DNA of 56,730 bases, taken from positions 1-56,730 of the forward strand of contig CAYJEE010000002.1 of NCBI GenBank assembly GCA_964369145.1, given 5' to 3'. Numbering within the stretch: position 1 is the first letter of the stretch; every line of letters starts with the position of its first letter. This stretch comes from an uncultured Candidatus Saccharibacteria bacterium (GTDB lineage Bacteria; Patescibacteriota; Minisyncoccia; Phycocordibacterales; DATDWN01). This document shows, in pieces, positions 1 to 8,435 of this stretch. The notes below the pieces were generated by a model. It did not search any database. It worked only from the letters and a program-made list of their open reading frames with translations, and had not been told where the DNA came from. The translations under genes and the position numbers were made by a program.

Positions 1-204
1 CTCTTGTGCTATACGAAAACGTTCGAGCACATTGGACAATGTTTGCTGATCAACACTCACCTGAGATATTGCACTCTCCGTTTCAACATTCCACCACGAA
101 CTATTTTTTACCCCCATGTATATAAACAAATGCACACAGGCGGAACACACACCAAAGAAAACCAAAAACGCAACCACCGCAGTCCAATCCGCCCCCGGAC
201 GCAT
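1..204 (-). CDS. hypothetical membrane-anchored protein, N-terminal part only (gene runs off the left edge)
   Basis: Not in the ORF track because there is no stop in the window. ATG at 204 on the minus strand, 68 codons open to position 1 (MRPGADWTAVVAFLVFFGVCSACVHLFIY...), one hydrophobic helix. Directly downstream of the pilM/N/O-like genes on the same strand. Confidence 0.35.
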   Translation of the reverse strand, partial: MRPGADWTAVVAFLVFFGVCSACVHLFIYMGVKNSSWWNVETESAISQVSVDQQTLSNVLERFRIAQE

Positions 205-286
205 ACCTTTTTTACGATAAATACCCTTTGTCTGTGAAAAGGTTTTTTTATACCATGATGTTATTGTTGCAAAAAAATTATTCATA

Positions 287-835
287 TTATTTCTTTTTTA
301 ACACCTTGATTACATACACACCTTTCCATATTACAGGTTTATTTTTAGGAGGTGTGTTTGTATCTTCTCGGATAAAAGCCAGAGAGTTTATATGGACTGA
401 ATACGGGAACAACTCAAGTGTCCGAGAAAAATCCCACACACCTGCCCATGTACCCACCACATTAAATCGAATACGCAAATACTCCACACCTTTTTCTGTC
501 ATTTCTTTCGATGATTCCAGAGATGCTGTTTCTATCTTTACCTCAAGATTTTGTGCTTTTGCATTTTGCTCAAGAAATTCGATAAACTCAACCTCACCTT
601 GTTTTTTGACGAAAATGTTTTGCAAGTTATTGATATCCACCTGTACACCTTCCAAAGAAGAAAGCATCAGCTCAGCATGTTGTTTCTTTTGTTCAGCAAG
701 CAATACATCATTTTTATACATCACAATATTGCCAGCCTTCCCCCATATCATCTGCAACGCAAAAAAGTATCCCCAACCGAGCAGGAGTATTCCGCTCACC
801 AGCACAAGAAGGCTTATGTAATATCGTTTATTCAT
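287..835 (-). CDS. pilO: type IV pilus assembly protein PilO-like
   Basis: 182 aa. N-terminal TM helix (ISLLVLVSGILLLGWGYFFAL), then a coiled-coil segment and a C-terminal alpha/beta region. Third gene of a pilM-pilN-pilO-type row with 4-nt overlap to the upstream gene. Assignment is by architecture and position. Confidence 0.55.
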   Translation of the reverse strand: MNKRYYISLLVLVSGILLLGWGYFFALQMIWGKAGNIVMYKNDVLLAEQKKQHAELMLSSLEGVQVDINNLQNIFVKKQGEVEFIEFLEQNAKAQNLEVKIETASLESSKEMTEKGVEYLRIRFNVVGTWAGVWDFSRTLELFPYSVHINSLAFIREDTNTPPKNKPVIWKGVYVIKVLKKK

Positions 836-1368
836 GATGCTGTTATGCTTATAGTAAAATCAATATCTTTATCTTTCACAAAATTTGAAACAGGAAGTTC
901 AATATTTGAAAAACCTTTTATCGATTCTAGATTGGTCACAAACTGACGCAATGCATCGCGTCTATCCGCAACACCCTTTATCACCACAATCGAAGACGTA
1001 GCTTTTATTTCTGTGTATTCGATTTCATATATACGAATCGCTGCGTTTTTTGTACTGATTATCTGCTGTATTGAATTGATTGGATTTACCGATCTATTCT
1101 CCTGTTCAAGTACCTTCAGTTGAGTATTTGTTTCTTTGATTGTCTGTGCGACCTGATCGGCTTTTTTAAACTGTACTGAATTTTTTATTCTTTCCGCATC
1201 ACCAAGTGTATTTTGCTCTTCAAAAAACACATGGGTATATGTCGGAAGCAAGAATATAAAAAACGTACCCATAAGCACACAGACACCAAAAAGCCACACG
1301 ACTATTCGACGCTCTGTATAATCTTTGATTATTTTTTCTTTCAGTGTTTCAGGGATAAGGTTGAACAT
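832..1368 (-). CDS. pilN: type IV pilus assembly protein PilN-like
   Basis: 178 aa. Short cytoplasmic N-terminus (MFNLIPETLKEK, the typical PilM-binding type), a single TM helix and a periplasmic domain. Immediately follows the pilM-like gene. Confidence 0.6.
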   Translation of the reverse strand: MFNLIPETLKEKIIKDYTERRIVVWLFGVCVLMGTFFIFLLPTYTHVFFEEQNTLGDAERIKNSVQFKKADQVAQTIKETNTQLKVLEQENRSVNPINSIQQIISTKNAAIRIYEIEYTEIKATSSIVVIKGVADRRDALRQFVTNLESIKGFSNIELPVSNFVKDKDIDFTISITAS

Positions 1369-1374
1369 AGGTGT

Positions 1375-2346
1375 TTATATTAGAATATGGGTCGGTAATG
1401 CAAGACCGATCGCAGCTGCATACTTTACTGAATCCATAAAAGAAATCTCTGGTACCGTGTGATGCACATCGAATGCATTGATCCATACATTACCGATAGA
1501 CACATCAGCTTTTACCAATGCCCCGAGTGTCGCCGCAAAATCTTCATCAAAACCCTCTCCTGTCACAAAGACCCTCTCAATATCTTTGAGCTCGGTATCG
1601 TCCGACACGTGAGAGTTTTTCCAAAACATGATTACTTTTTTTAACTCTGCAGCAATGAGGTTTGAATCAAAATTTTCTTTTGTTTGGACAGAGATAGTAG
1701 ATGTAAAATGTATAATACTGTGACTCACAATATACAAACCAACTTTTTGTGGGGCACAATGCACAAGCACATACGTTCCGCGCTGTTGTTTTGTGAGCAG
1801 TGAACGCGCAATCGCCTGTGATTCTATTTCGAGTGAGTATGGGATAAACCCTGCTGATTGAAATACTTCTACATATATATCGATAACTTCTCGAGGAATC
1901 GCTGATACCACGACATCAAAATGAGTTTTTTTAGGATCTTTTGGATCCACTACCGCAAAATCAAATGCAAGGGTGTTTGCAGGAAGTGGTACATTTTCTT
2001 CAAGTTTAAATTCTATATTACTCCTGATATCATCTGAGGGCACGAGTGGAACATCAGTTTTAAATAAAAACGCTTTTTCTTCAGGTAAGGATACTCTCAC
2101 GTATGGAGTTTTGATTTCCTTTTTTATATCTTTAAGGATGTCGACGACTTGGTGTGGCTCATGAATATGACCAGACACAATAAGCCCCTCAGGCAATATT
2201 CTTTCAAGATATTTTTTTATCACAAGACGCTGTCCTTTTTTTTCAAACTGGAAAAAACGAATAGCATTATCAGACACTGAAACGCCAGAATAATCCGGGT
2301 CGAGGAATTTTGGAGGAGGAAAAAATTTTAAAAAACGACGTTGCAT
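1375..2346 (-). CDS. pilM: type IV pilus assembly ATPase-fold protein PilM
   Basis: 323 aa, actin/FtsA-like fold pattern typical of PilM (GVSVSDNAIRFFQF..., later VTGEG...). A TATAAT box lies 9 nt upstream of the ATG (2356-2361, minus strand). Confidence 0.75.
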   Translation of the reverse strand: MQRRFLKFFPPPKFLDPDYSGVSVSDNAIRFFQFEKKGQRLVIKKYLERILPEGLIVSGHIHEPHQVVDILKDIKKEIKTPYVRVSLPEEKAFLFKTDVPLVPSDDIRSNIEFKLEENVPLPANTLAFDFAVVDPKDPKKTHFDVVVSAIPREVIDIYVEVFQSAGFIPYSLEIESQAIARSLLTKQQRGTYVLVHCAPQKVGLYIVSHSIIHFTSTISVQTKENFDSNLIAAELKKVIMFWKNSHVSDDTELKDIERVFVTGEGFDEDFAATLGALVKADVSIGNVWINAFDVHHTVPEISFMDSVKYAAAIGLALPTHILI

Positions 2347-2410
2347 TATGAATTCATTATATAATGCAGGCAGTATTTTTCACAACACGTTGTCCCCCGT
2401 TACAGTACGA

Positions 2411-2749
2411 CTACTTCACGAGTGACCCAGGTGGTACGTCATCGGAAAACTTCATAAGCGAGAAAAAATTCTCTCCACTTGTCGCAAGTATCATCCCCTG
2501 ACTTTCTAAACCCATCATCGCTCTCGGCTCCAGGTTTGCCACAAAACCACAGGTAACACCCGAAAGACCCTCACCTCCAGGGAAATATTTTGCAATACCA
2601 GAAAGAATTGTTCGTGGAGACTCCTCACCAAAATCAACTGAGAGTTTGAGGAGTTTGTCCGAACCTTCGATTGTTTCTGCAGACAAAATCTTTCCTGCTC
2701 GTATTTCAACCTTTTTTACATCGTCGATAGTAATCATATTTTTATACAA
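2411..2749 (-). CDS. tRNA-binding domain protein (CsaA / EMAP-II-like)
   Basis: 112 aa. KVEIRAGKILSAETIEGSDKLLKLSVDFGEESPRTILSGIAKYF is the classical OB-fold tRNA-binding domain pattern. The start may be the internal M5 at 2737. Confidence 0.7.
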   Translation of the reverse strand: MYKNMITIDDVKKVEIRAGKILSAETIEGSDKLLKLSVDFGEESPRTILSGIAKYFPGGEGLSGVTCGFVANLEPRAMMGLESQGMILATSGENFFSLMKFSDDVPPGSLVK

Positions 2750-3179
2750 GTTCTCTTTCTTTATGTTTTTTTAATTCAAGGTAACTACTCAGTATAAGCG
2801 CCGCTGCCGAAGCGTCGAGCATATCATTTTTACCTTGCAGACGCTCTGCTTGATTTGAAGTCATAAACTCAGGATGAAGCTCAACGGGCAATGCGAGCAC
2901 TTCTTTTAATTTTTCAACAAATGGAATAACTTGCTCCATAATCGTATTGTCCTCACCTTTAAAATCTTTACTGTCCCCCACCACCACTTCCCCCACATTA
3001 TTAATCGTACACAACTCACGAATCTCTCGTATTAAATGTTCATTGTTTTCGATCACTCCGTACGGCAAAGCAAAATCACCACTTTCATCTGAAAGGGCAA
3101 TGCCTACACGCTTTGATCCAAAATCTATTCCTAGTGTTCTCATGGGTATTATTGTATAGCAATCTAACCTGTATTGCAC
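2742..3179 (-). CDS. ruvX: Holliday junction resolvase-like nuclease RuvX/YqgF
   Basis: MRTLGIDFGSKRVGIALSD motif at M13 of the ORF, so the likely true start is 3143. Size and C-terminal pattern are typical of YqgF. Confidence 0.85.
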   Translation of the reverse strand: MQYRLDCYTIIPMRTLGIDFGSKRVGIALSDESGDFALPYGVIENNEHLIREIRELCTINNVGEVVVGDSKDFKGEDNTIMEQVIPFVEKLKEVLALPVELHPEFMTSNQAERLQGKNDMLDASAAALILSSYLELKKHKERELV

Positions 3180-3208
3180 GAGTTACACACAAAATAAGCT
3201 AACTACTC

Positions 3209-3684
3209 ATGTGGTATACTGGATTAGTGGCTGAGCGATATATTAGAACACCAAATACCAGTTGTTCAATTTGTAACAAACTTGTATACAGACGACCAGC
3301 TGAATTACTAAAAAACAATGGAAAAGCCTTTTGTAGTATGGCGTGTTTTGGTATTTCTTGTAGAAGAGAGCTCCCTGTGTGGTCTGTGGGAAATTAATCT
3401 TAGCTACTTTCCACAAGAAAACATGTAGTAGAAGTTGTGCAAATGTCCACAGAACAGGTATTCAGTATAAGATCAACCGACCAAGGGATAAAGTAAAAAC
3501 TCAACAGGCTCTTAAGGTAAGATTACTTGTAGTGAGAGGTGAAAAATGTGAAAGGTGTGAATTTAATATTCCAGAGATACTGCAAGTTCACCATAAAGAT
3601 CGGAACAGAAACAACAATACCCTCGAAAACCTTGAGCTTATTTGTCCAAACTGTCACTGTAAAGAACATTATCTAAAAAATTAA
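3209..3684 (+). pseudogene. HNH endonuclease with zinc-ribbon repeats, split by a frameshift
   Basis: Two overlapping ORFs in different frames (3209-3397 frame 2; 3379-3684 frame 1, open back to the TAG at 3361). Part 1 has CSIC...CSMAC. Part 2 has C(V)VCGK...CSRSC plus the HNH core HHKDRNRNNNTLENLELICPNCH. Joining them needs a frame change between about 3364 and 3397. Confidence 0.6.
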
Positions 3685-3791
3685 TAGATTGCATTATTAG
3701 TCTTTTCTGATAAGATAAGCCTTGTAACAAAGAGTATTTTGAATGTCATATTCGCCAAATGATTGACATATATATTATTTAATGTTATAAT

Positions 3792-3877
3792 GGAGGAGTC
3801 GCATAGTTGGTCTAGTGCACTCGTCTTGAAAACGAGCATGCCGCAAGGCATCGAGAGTTCGAATCTCTCCTCCTCCG
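3792..3877 (+). tRNA. tRNA-Ser (anticodon UGA), type II with long variable arm
   Basis: Hand-folded cloverleaf. Acceptor GGAGGAG/CTCCTCC, anticodon stem CTCGT/ACGAG with loop CTTGAAA (TGA), long variable arm CATGCCGCAAGGCATC, T arm GAGAG-TTCGAAT-CTCTC, discriminator G. No encoded CCA. Confidence 0.9.
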
Positions 3878-3920
3878 CAAATCAAAGACACCCTTAGGGG
3901 TGTTTTTGATTTGCGGAGGA
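3871..3920. terminator. 23-bp-arm palindrome / bidirectional terminator that starts inside the tRNA-Ser 3' acceptor strand
   Basis: tcctccgcaaatcaaagacaccc - ttag - gggtgtttttgatttgcggagga. 22 of 23 positions pair. Confidence 0.7.
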
Positions 3921-3941
3921 AGCAAAACTAAAAGTTTTGCG

Positions 3942-4055
3942 GGTGAGATTCGAACGGACTCGCGGTCTACGAGCGCAACAGCGCTTGTCGCGAGTCCGGT
4001 GCCCAGAAATTCTTCATCTGACGAGATGAAGAATTTCGAGGGAGAAATTCTCACC
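3942..4055 (-). ncRNA. candidate structured small RNA, copy A of a 3-member family (function unknown)
   Basis: Read on the minus strand. Closing stem GGTGAGA/TCTCACC (4055-4049 with 3948-3942). 14-bp perfect hairpin GAAATTCTTCATCT-CGTC-AGATGAAGAATTTC (4037-4006). Then TGGGCACCGGACTCGCGAC and a 10-bp stem CGGACTCGCG/CGCGAGTCCG enclosing AGCGC-TGTT-GCGCT. -10-like TAAATA at 4068-4063. Ends at the palindrome 3871-3920. Not a canonical tRNA. Confidence 0.4.
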
Positions 4056-4068
4056 TCCTTGTATTTAT

Positions 4069-4764
4069 TTGCTACAATTAGTACTAATGAAAAAATTACC
4101 CAACGTAACCCTTATCGGAATAGACTGTGTAGATGTAGAAAGAATTCGAAAAGCTCTGGATATCTCATCTAAAGAAATTGAGTTTGCAGAAGTTAAACTA
4201 CTTACTTCCCTTCCAACTGATGACATAAGAAAAGTGGAGATACCTCACATTGATTCAATCGAGGCTTTTTCTAAATTTTGTATTTGTAATTTAATCGAGT
4301 ATGTAGATACTGATTTTGTACTACTTGTACAACACGATGGATTTATCCTAAACCCACAGTCCTGGACTGATGAATTTTTGAATTATGACTACATTGGTGC
4401 ACCCTGGTTTGTTCACGATGAGTTTTGGTTTACACGATTTAATTTCCCAAGAGAACTCTTTGATACAACTGTAGTTGGAAACGGTGGTTTTTCTTTACGG
4501 AGCAAGAATTTTCTGGAAACCTCAAAAATATTAGCCAATGAAGGAGCCTTTGCAGCTTACCACCCTGAAGATTTAGCAATGTGTGTTTGGAATCGAAAAG
4601 CTATGGAGAATGCGGGTATTCATTTCGCTCCCCCAGAAGTCGCGAAAATATTTAGTGTCGAAGGTCAAGATCATGTATACAAAGATCAGTTTGGTTTTCA
4701 TGGATTACAATGGACTGATATTTCAAAATGGATAGAGGCAAATCCTGAGTGGGACATCAAGTAA
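4069..4764 (+). CDS. DUF5672-like protein (putative glycosyltransferase-fold enzyme)
   Basis: 231-aa ORF; likely start at MKKLPNV (4087), 8 nt after a TACAAT box. Motifs YDYIGAPW and GNGGFSLRSK recall the DUF5672 family as I remember it. Confidence 0.5.
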   Translation: MLQLVLMKKLPNVTLIGIDCVDVERIRKALDISSKEIEFAEVKLLTSLPTDDIRKVEIPHIDSIEAFSKFCICNLIEYVDTDFVLLVQHDGFILNPQSWTDEFLNYDYIGAPWFVHDEFWFTRFNFPRELFDTTVVGNGGFSLRSKNFLETSKILANEGAFAAYHPEDLAMCVWNRKAMENAGIHFAPPEVAKIFSVEGQDHVYKDQFGFHGLQWTDISKWIEANPEWDIK

Positions 4765-4824
4765 ATCAAAAAATAACCTGTAAAAAACACTAACGCCTAA
4801 CTTTATTCATCACCAAGAATTTCC

Positions 4825-4833
4825 TGGTATAAT
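4825..4833 (+). promoter_or_regulatory. extended -10 box TGGTATAAT, 6 nt upstream of the ATG at 4840
   Basis: tggtataat-tatctt-ATG. No purine-rich SD fits in the 6-nt gap. Confidence 0.5.
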
Positions 4834-4839
4834 TATCTT

Positions 4840-5364
4840 ATGCAATATCTCTACCACCGTGTACCAAAAAATATGTCTGGAACAATTTTGTATCCATTGA
4901 ATGTTTTAAAAGATACAAAACCTGATATTTATACCGAACACTCTAAAAAATATCTCGGTAGAGAAAGAATTTTAGGGGCAAAGATTCCCCCGCTCGATTG
5001 TCTATGGAATGATGTTTTACATTTTACAGCAGTTGAACCAGAGACAATGAGAAAAAATCTCGAAAATGCAGGTTTTGTATTTGAACCAAGTTCCTATTTT
5101 AAAGTTCCTGCAGGAATGATACTGGGAGAAAATAGTGTCGCCTTTACAAATCCCGACGGTAAACCAACCTTAGTTCCATTACTTAATTACGAAACTTTTG
5201 ATATTAATCGCATGTCAATTTACAAAGAGATTCCTGTAGCTACTCTAGAATACTATAAGGAAAGGAAGTTAGCAGGAGAAAAGCCTATGATATATCAATT
5301 TGTACCTCATATTTTGTACAAAGGAAATATAGACACTAAAAGCTTAGAGATAATTATTAACTAA
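4840..5364 (+). CDS. conserved hypothetical protein
   Basis: 174 aa, no TM segment. Motifs LYHRVPKNMSGTILYPLN and CLWNDVLHF resemble an uncharacterised family I recall from Firmicutes. No function assignable. Confidence 0.6.
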   Translation: MQYLYHRVPKNMSGTILYPLNVLKDTKPDIYTEHSKKYLGRERILGAKIPPLDCLWNDVLHFTAVEPETMRKNLENAGFVFEPSSYFKVPAGMILGENSVAFTNPDGKPTLVPLLNYETFDINRMSIYKEIPVATLEYYKERKLAGEKPMIYQFVPHILYKGNIDTKSLEIIIN

Positions 5365-5395
5365 AAAGGTTCCAACTTCGAACCACACTCCCCGC

Positions 5396-5431
5396 AAAAA
5401 AGAAGAACCCCCGAAAGGGGTTTTTCTTTTT
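5396..5431. terminator. bidirectional intrinsic terminator
   Basis: aaaaagaagaacccc-cgaaa-ggggtttttcttttt, between convergent genes. Confidence 0.75.
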
Positions 5432-5447
5432 GAGGCACAATGAAAAT

Positions 5448-6179
5448 CTATATTTTTGTAGTATTCCAAAGATACTGGAAAATGTCTTTGAATGCTTTCG
5501 CAATTATTTCGTTTTTTATAATAACTCCAGAAGGTTTCTTCTCATCAAAGGTAACGATAGAAACCTTTGACCCGTATATATTAACTTCTATACCTAAATC
5601 CTTAAATATATTTAAAAATCGCATATCTCTCAGAAGCTCTTTTGCACGAGATAAATCTTTTTTTCCTGAGGTACTTTTTGGAAGTAAGCTTCTAACAGAA
5701 ACTCCATGAGACACTCTGTCTGGAAAGTACTCTTTCTCAAAATAATCATTTAGAGTCTTATACGCTTTATCATAGTCAGTAATTGCACAAATTGTTTTAT
5801 CTTTATTATCCCTCCAGCTATCAGCGTAAAGATTTTTAACCCCTTCTATTCCCTCAAAATACTTAATATCAGAATGAAGTGTTGGGACTTCTTTCCTTTG
5901 AGTGCTGAGCCAACTCTCTAATTGTTCTGTTTGAGTAGAGACGGCTTCAATTTGTCTTTTTGCCCAAATTTTATAATCCACCAAACTAATTGGTTGAAAA
6001 TAAGCACCACTTTCTTTTGTTATTTTTGTTACCAATCCTTTTTTTAATAACTCTTCGATGGTGTGATACAGAGCGGTTCTATTGAGTAAAGTTTCTTTGG
6101 CTATTTTACTAATCGGAGAGTCACCTAATTTATACAAGGCCCCTAGAACCCTTTCTTCTTTTTTAGTTATTATTTCCAT
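5448..6179 (-). CDS. TrmB-family transcriptional regulator
   Basis: 243 aa. N-terminal winged-helix pattern (ERVLGALYKLGDSPISKIAKETLLNRTALYHTIEELLKKGLV) followed by a coiled coil and a C-terminal domain, as in TrmB-type regulators. Confidence 0.7.
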   Translation of the reverse strand: MEIITKKEERVLGALYKLGDSPISKIAKETLLNRTALYHTIEELLKKGLVTKITKESGAYFQPISLVDYKIWAKRQIEAVSTQTEQLESWLSTQRKEVPTLHSDIKYFEGIEGVKNLYADSWRDNKDKTICAITDYDKAYKTLNDYFEKEYFPDRVSHGVSVRSLLPKSTSGKKDLSRAKELLRDMRFLNIFKDLGIEVNIYGSKVSIVTFDEKKPSGVIIKNEIIAKAFKDIFQYLWNTTKI

Positions 6180-6269
6180 AGACCTACCCTATCAATGTTG
6201 TCAAAATGTGTCAACTATTTTACATATTATATTAATAATATTATAAATTATATTGGAAGGACTAAACCC

Positions 6270-6656
6270 ATGAAAATAGAATTCGTTTCTGATGATGGTA
6301 AGGATTTTCCCACCACTTTAATTGAAAAATCTCGTTTAATAGCAAACACTTTAGCTCAGTTGCTATTCGAAGTAGAGGTTTTTAAATATTCAGAATCACA
6401 TCAAATTATCCTTGATTGCACCCTATCTACATTCATGCCAACAAAAGAACAAACTGATTTGTTTGTTGAAGAAGTTAAACAATCAACAAATACTTGTATA
6501 ACCATGTTTAGGTATAAAACCGAAAAAATTGAGTCGATTATTGTTAGTTTAGACTTAATCAGGGTAGCTCGTGGTTACTCAACAGTGGTTACTGAAATTG
6601 GAAAATATAGATGGGCCGTTAGTTCAGAAGAAATTGATTTTGAAAGAATTAATTAA
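6270..6656 (+). CDS. hypothetical protein
   Basis: ORF opens at 6195. In-frame ATG at 6270 is preceded by GGAAGGA 8 nt upstream (MKIEFVSDDGKDF...). Divergent from the TrmB-like gene. Confidence 0.5.
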   Translation: MKIEFVSDDGKDFPTTLIEKSRLIANTLAQLLFEVEVFKYSESHQIILDCTLSTFMPTKEQTDLFVEEVKQSTNTCITMFRYKTEKIESIIVSLDLIRVARGYSTVVTEIGKYRWAVSSEEIDFERIN

Positions 6657-6763
6657 GCTAATTTAAAATCAAAAGGAGTTGATTATGTAAAACACAGTTA
6701 ACTCCTTTTTAATTCCCTTCTATTCTACAGTTCTAAACGCATCTAACCACTCCCGCACAAAAC

Positions 6764-6789
6764 AAAAAAACCGCATATGCGGTTTTTTT
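6764..6789. terminator. bidirectional intrinsic terminator
   Basis: aaaaaaaccgca/tgcggttttttt palindrome between convergent genes. Confidence 0.8.
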
Positions 6790-6792
6790 GTT

Positions 6793-7887
6793 TTACCTAA
6801 ACTCAATCACCACCACTTCCCCTCGATTAAACGTTCTCATTCGCGGACCAAAGGTTCCAATACCGTTGGTAGTAATACTATTGAGCCCATTTTTAGTAAC
6901 CAGCCCGTACACATATTCTTTGTAGACTCGTCGTGCGATATAATTGCCTGGCCACACCTGTCCACCGTGTGTGTGCCCTGAGACCACCAAAAATACTCCG
7001 GCATCTGTAAGTTCTTTATGGAATATTGGTTCGTGATTGAGTACGATTGCTGGATTGGATGCTGTAATACCTTCCCGAGCCAAAATCCCTTCAACCTCAA
7101 GTGGATCCTTAATTGTTCGATAATTAAGTCCGAATACCGGCACTCCAAAAATCTGCGCCTGACTGTCGACGAGCACTGTCATACCTGCACGCTGTGCGCT
7201 CAAAAGAAATTCACTATACGGGCCGTACTCCTCATGGTTGCCTGGTGTAAAAAATACAGGAACCTGTGTGGTTAATTTTTTAAACTCGTTTTCTATATCG
7301 GTGAAATCAAATGCTGCACCATCAAACATATCTCCTGCAATCAACACAGCATCTGGTTTAGTATCAAGAACTTTTTGTACAACATGCCGAGCAAAGAGTG
7401 CTTGGTTTGCGGGGCCAAAGTGCGTATCTGCAACAAGAGCGATTCGCTTACCCACAAGCTCTGTATATTGTGGAGGTGTTTTAACCGTATAAGTAACGGT
7501 CCGTGTCATAAACGCCTGCACAATACCCGTTATCCCCACCACTGATGCGATCATGTATAACGCAAAAGATATTTTTGCAAGCGGTACACTGAAAAATTGA
7601 CCAAGCAAGAAAAAACCACAAATAATAACTGATGCGAAAAACCAATATAAGAATACACCTCCTACATATGAGGTAATAAGATAAAACACCTGAGACATGA
7701 GATGTGGCGAGTACCTAAACCACACATTTGCAAGAATAAATGAAAGCGGTGTAAACAACGCCACACTAATAATGATACGTTTCAGCAACAGAGTCGCACC
7801 TAATCCAATAATGGCACCAAGCGCGGTAAACCCTGACACAGCAAGTAAAAATAAACTGAGTATTGAAAAGAAAATAAGTTGTTCCAT
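6793..7887 (-). CDS. membrane-anchored metallophosphoesterase
   Basis: The ORF extends to 7983, but the likely start is MEQLIFF at 7887. Four to five N-terminal TM helices, then calcineurin-like motifs: VADTHFG, GDMFDG, PGNHE, VSGHTHGGQ. Confidence 0.8.
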   Translation of the reverse strand: MEQLIFFSILSLFLLAVSGFTALGAIIGLGATLLLKRIIISVALFTPLSFILANVWFRYSPHLMSQVFYLITSYVGGVFLYWFFASVIICGFFLLGQFFSVPLAKISFALYMIASVVGITGIVQAFMTRTVTYTVKTPPQYTELVGKRIALVADTHFGPANQALFARHVVQKVLDTKPDAVLIAGDMFDGAAFDFTDIENEFKKLTTQVPVFFTPGNHEEYGPYSEFLLSAQRAGMTVLVDSQAQIFGVPVFGLNYRTIKDPLEVEGILAREGITASNPAIVLNHEPIFHKELTDAGVFLVVSGHTHGGQVWPGNYIARRVYKEYVYGLVTKNGLNSITTNGIGTFGPRMRTFNRGEVVVIEFR

Positions 7888-7932
7888 ATACATGTATAGT
7901 ACGGTAGTTTCTTTTTCCACACAACAACGCTG

Positions 7933-7941
7933 TGGTAGTAT
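7933..7941 (+). promoter_or_regulatory. extended -10 box TGGTAGTAT, 6 nt upstream of the ATG at 7948
   Basis: tggtagtat-atatac-ATG. Confidence 0.45.
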
Positions 7942-7947
7942 ATATAC

Positions 7948-8400
7948 ATGAATATTTCTTGGAAAGCACCGGAGCATATGCACACAGAAAAAAGTGCTGA
8001 TTGGTATTGGATTGTTGGTATTGTTTCTGTCACTCTCGCGGTAATCTCAGTACTCCTCGGCAATACTTTGTTTGCAATACTTATTATTGTAGGTGTGTTC
8101 ACGTTGACCTTGTACAGCACAAAAAAACCATCGACAGTGTACATCGAACTCACTCCAACAGGAATAAAAATGCATGACCTATTCTATCTCTACAGCAACC
8201 TTGAATCTTTCTGGATCGAAGAACAACAACTCTCCCCTCGCATACTCCTCAAAACCACAAAGAAAATTGCTCCATATGTAATCATATTACTCGGGGATGC
8301 AAACCCAGATGAAGTCCGAGACGAGCTCCTGGTCCACCTTCCAGAAATCAAGCACTCTGAACCTTTTATTGAAAAACTCTTGATCTATTTTGGGTTTTAG
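7948..8400 (+). CDS. hypothetical membrane protein (two TM helices)
   Basis: 150 aa. Hydrophobic hairpin WYWIVGIVSVTLAVISVLLGNTLFAILIIVGVFTL, followed by a soluble domain. Confidence 0.55.
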   Translation: MNISWKAPEHMHTEKSADWYWIVGIVSVTLAVISVLLGNTLFAILIIVGVFTLTLYSTKKPSTVYIELTPTGIKMHDLFYLYSNLESFWIEEQQLSPRILLKTTKKIAPYVIILLGDANPDEVRDELLVHLPEIKHSEPFIEKLLIYFGF

Positions 8401-8435
8401 GTTTTTTATGTTAGTTTTGTTGTGTATTTACCACC

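Noticed and set aside
3812-4054. 80-aa minus-strand ORF, and ORF 3900-4172 on plus, over the tRNA-Ser / element A region.
   Set aside because: They overlap a confidently folded tRNA and strongly palindromic RNA-like sequence. The GGAGGTG at 4058-4052 overlaps the putative GTG, so it cannot serve as an SD.
3942-4055. Element A as a second tRNA (Ser-like, tRNA-Sec), an SRP RNA or a tmRNA piece.
   Set aside because: It has GTTCGAATC and a 7-bp closing stem but no T stem, no D arm with conserved GG, and no 7-nt anticodon loop; the 14-bp hairpin has a 4-nt loop. The SRP domain IV consensus (GGUCCGGAAGGAAGCAGC) and the tmRNA 5'/3' ends are absent. It is kept only as an unknown structured element.
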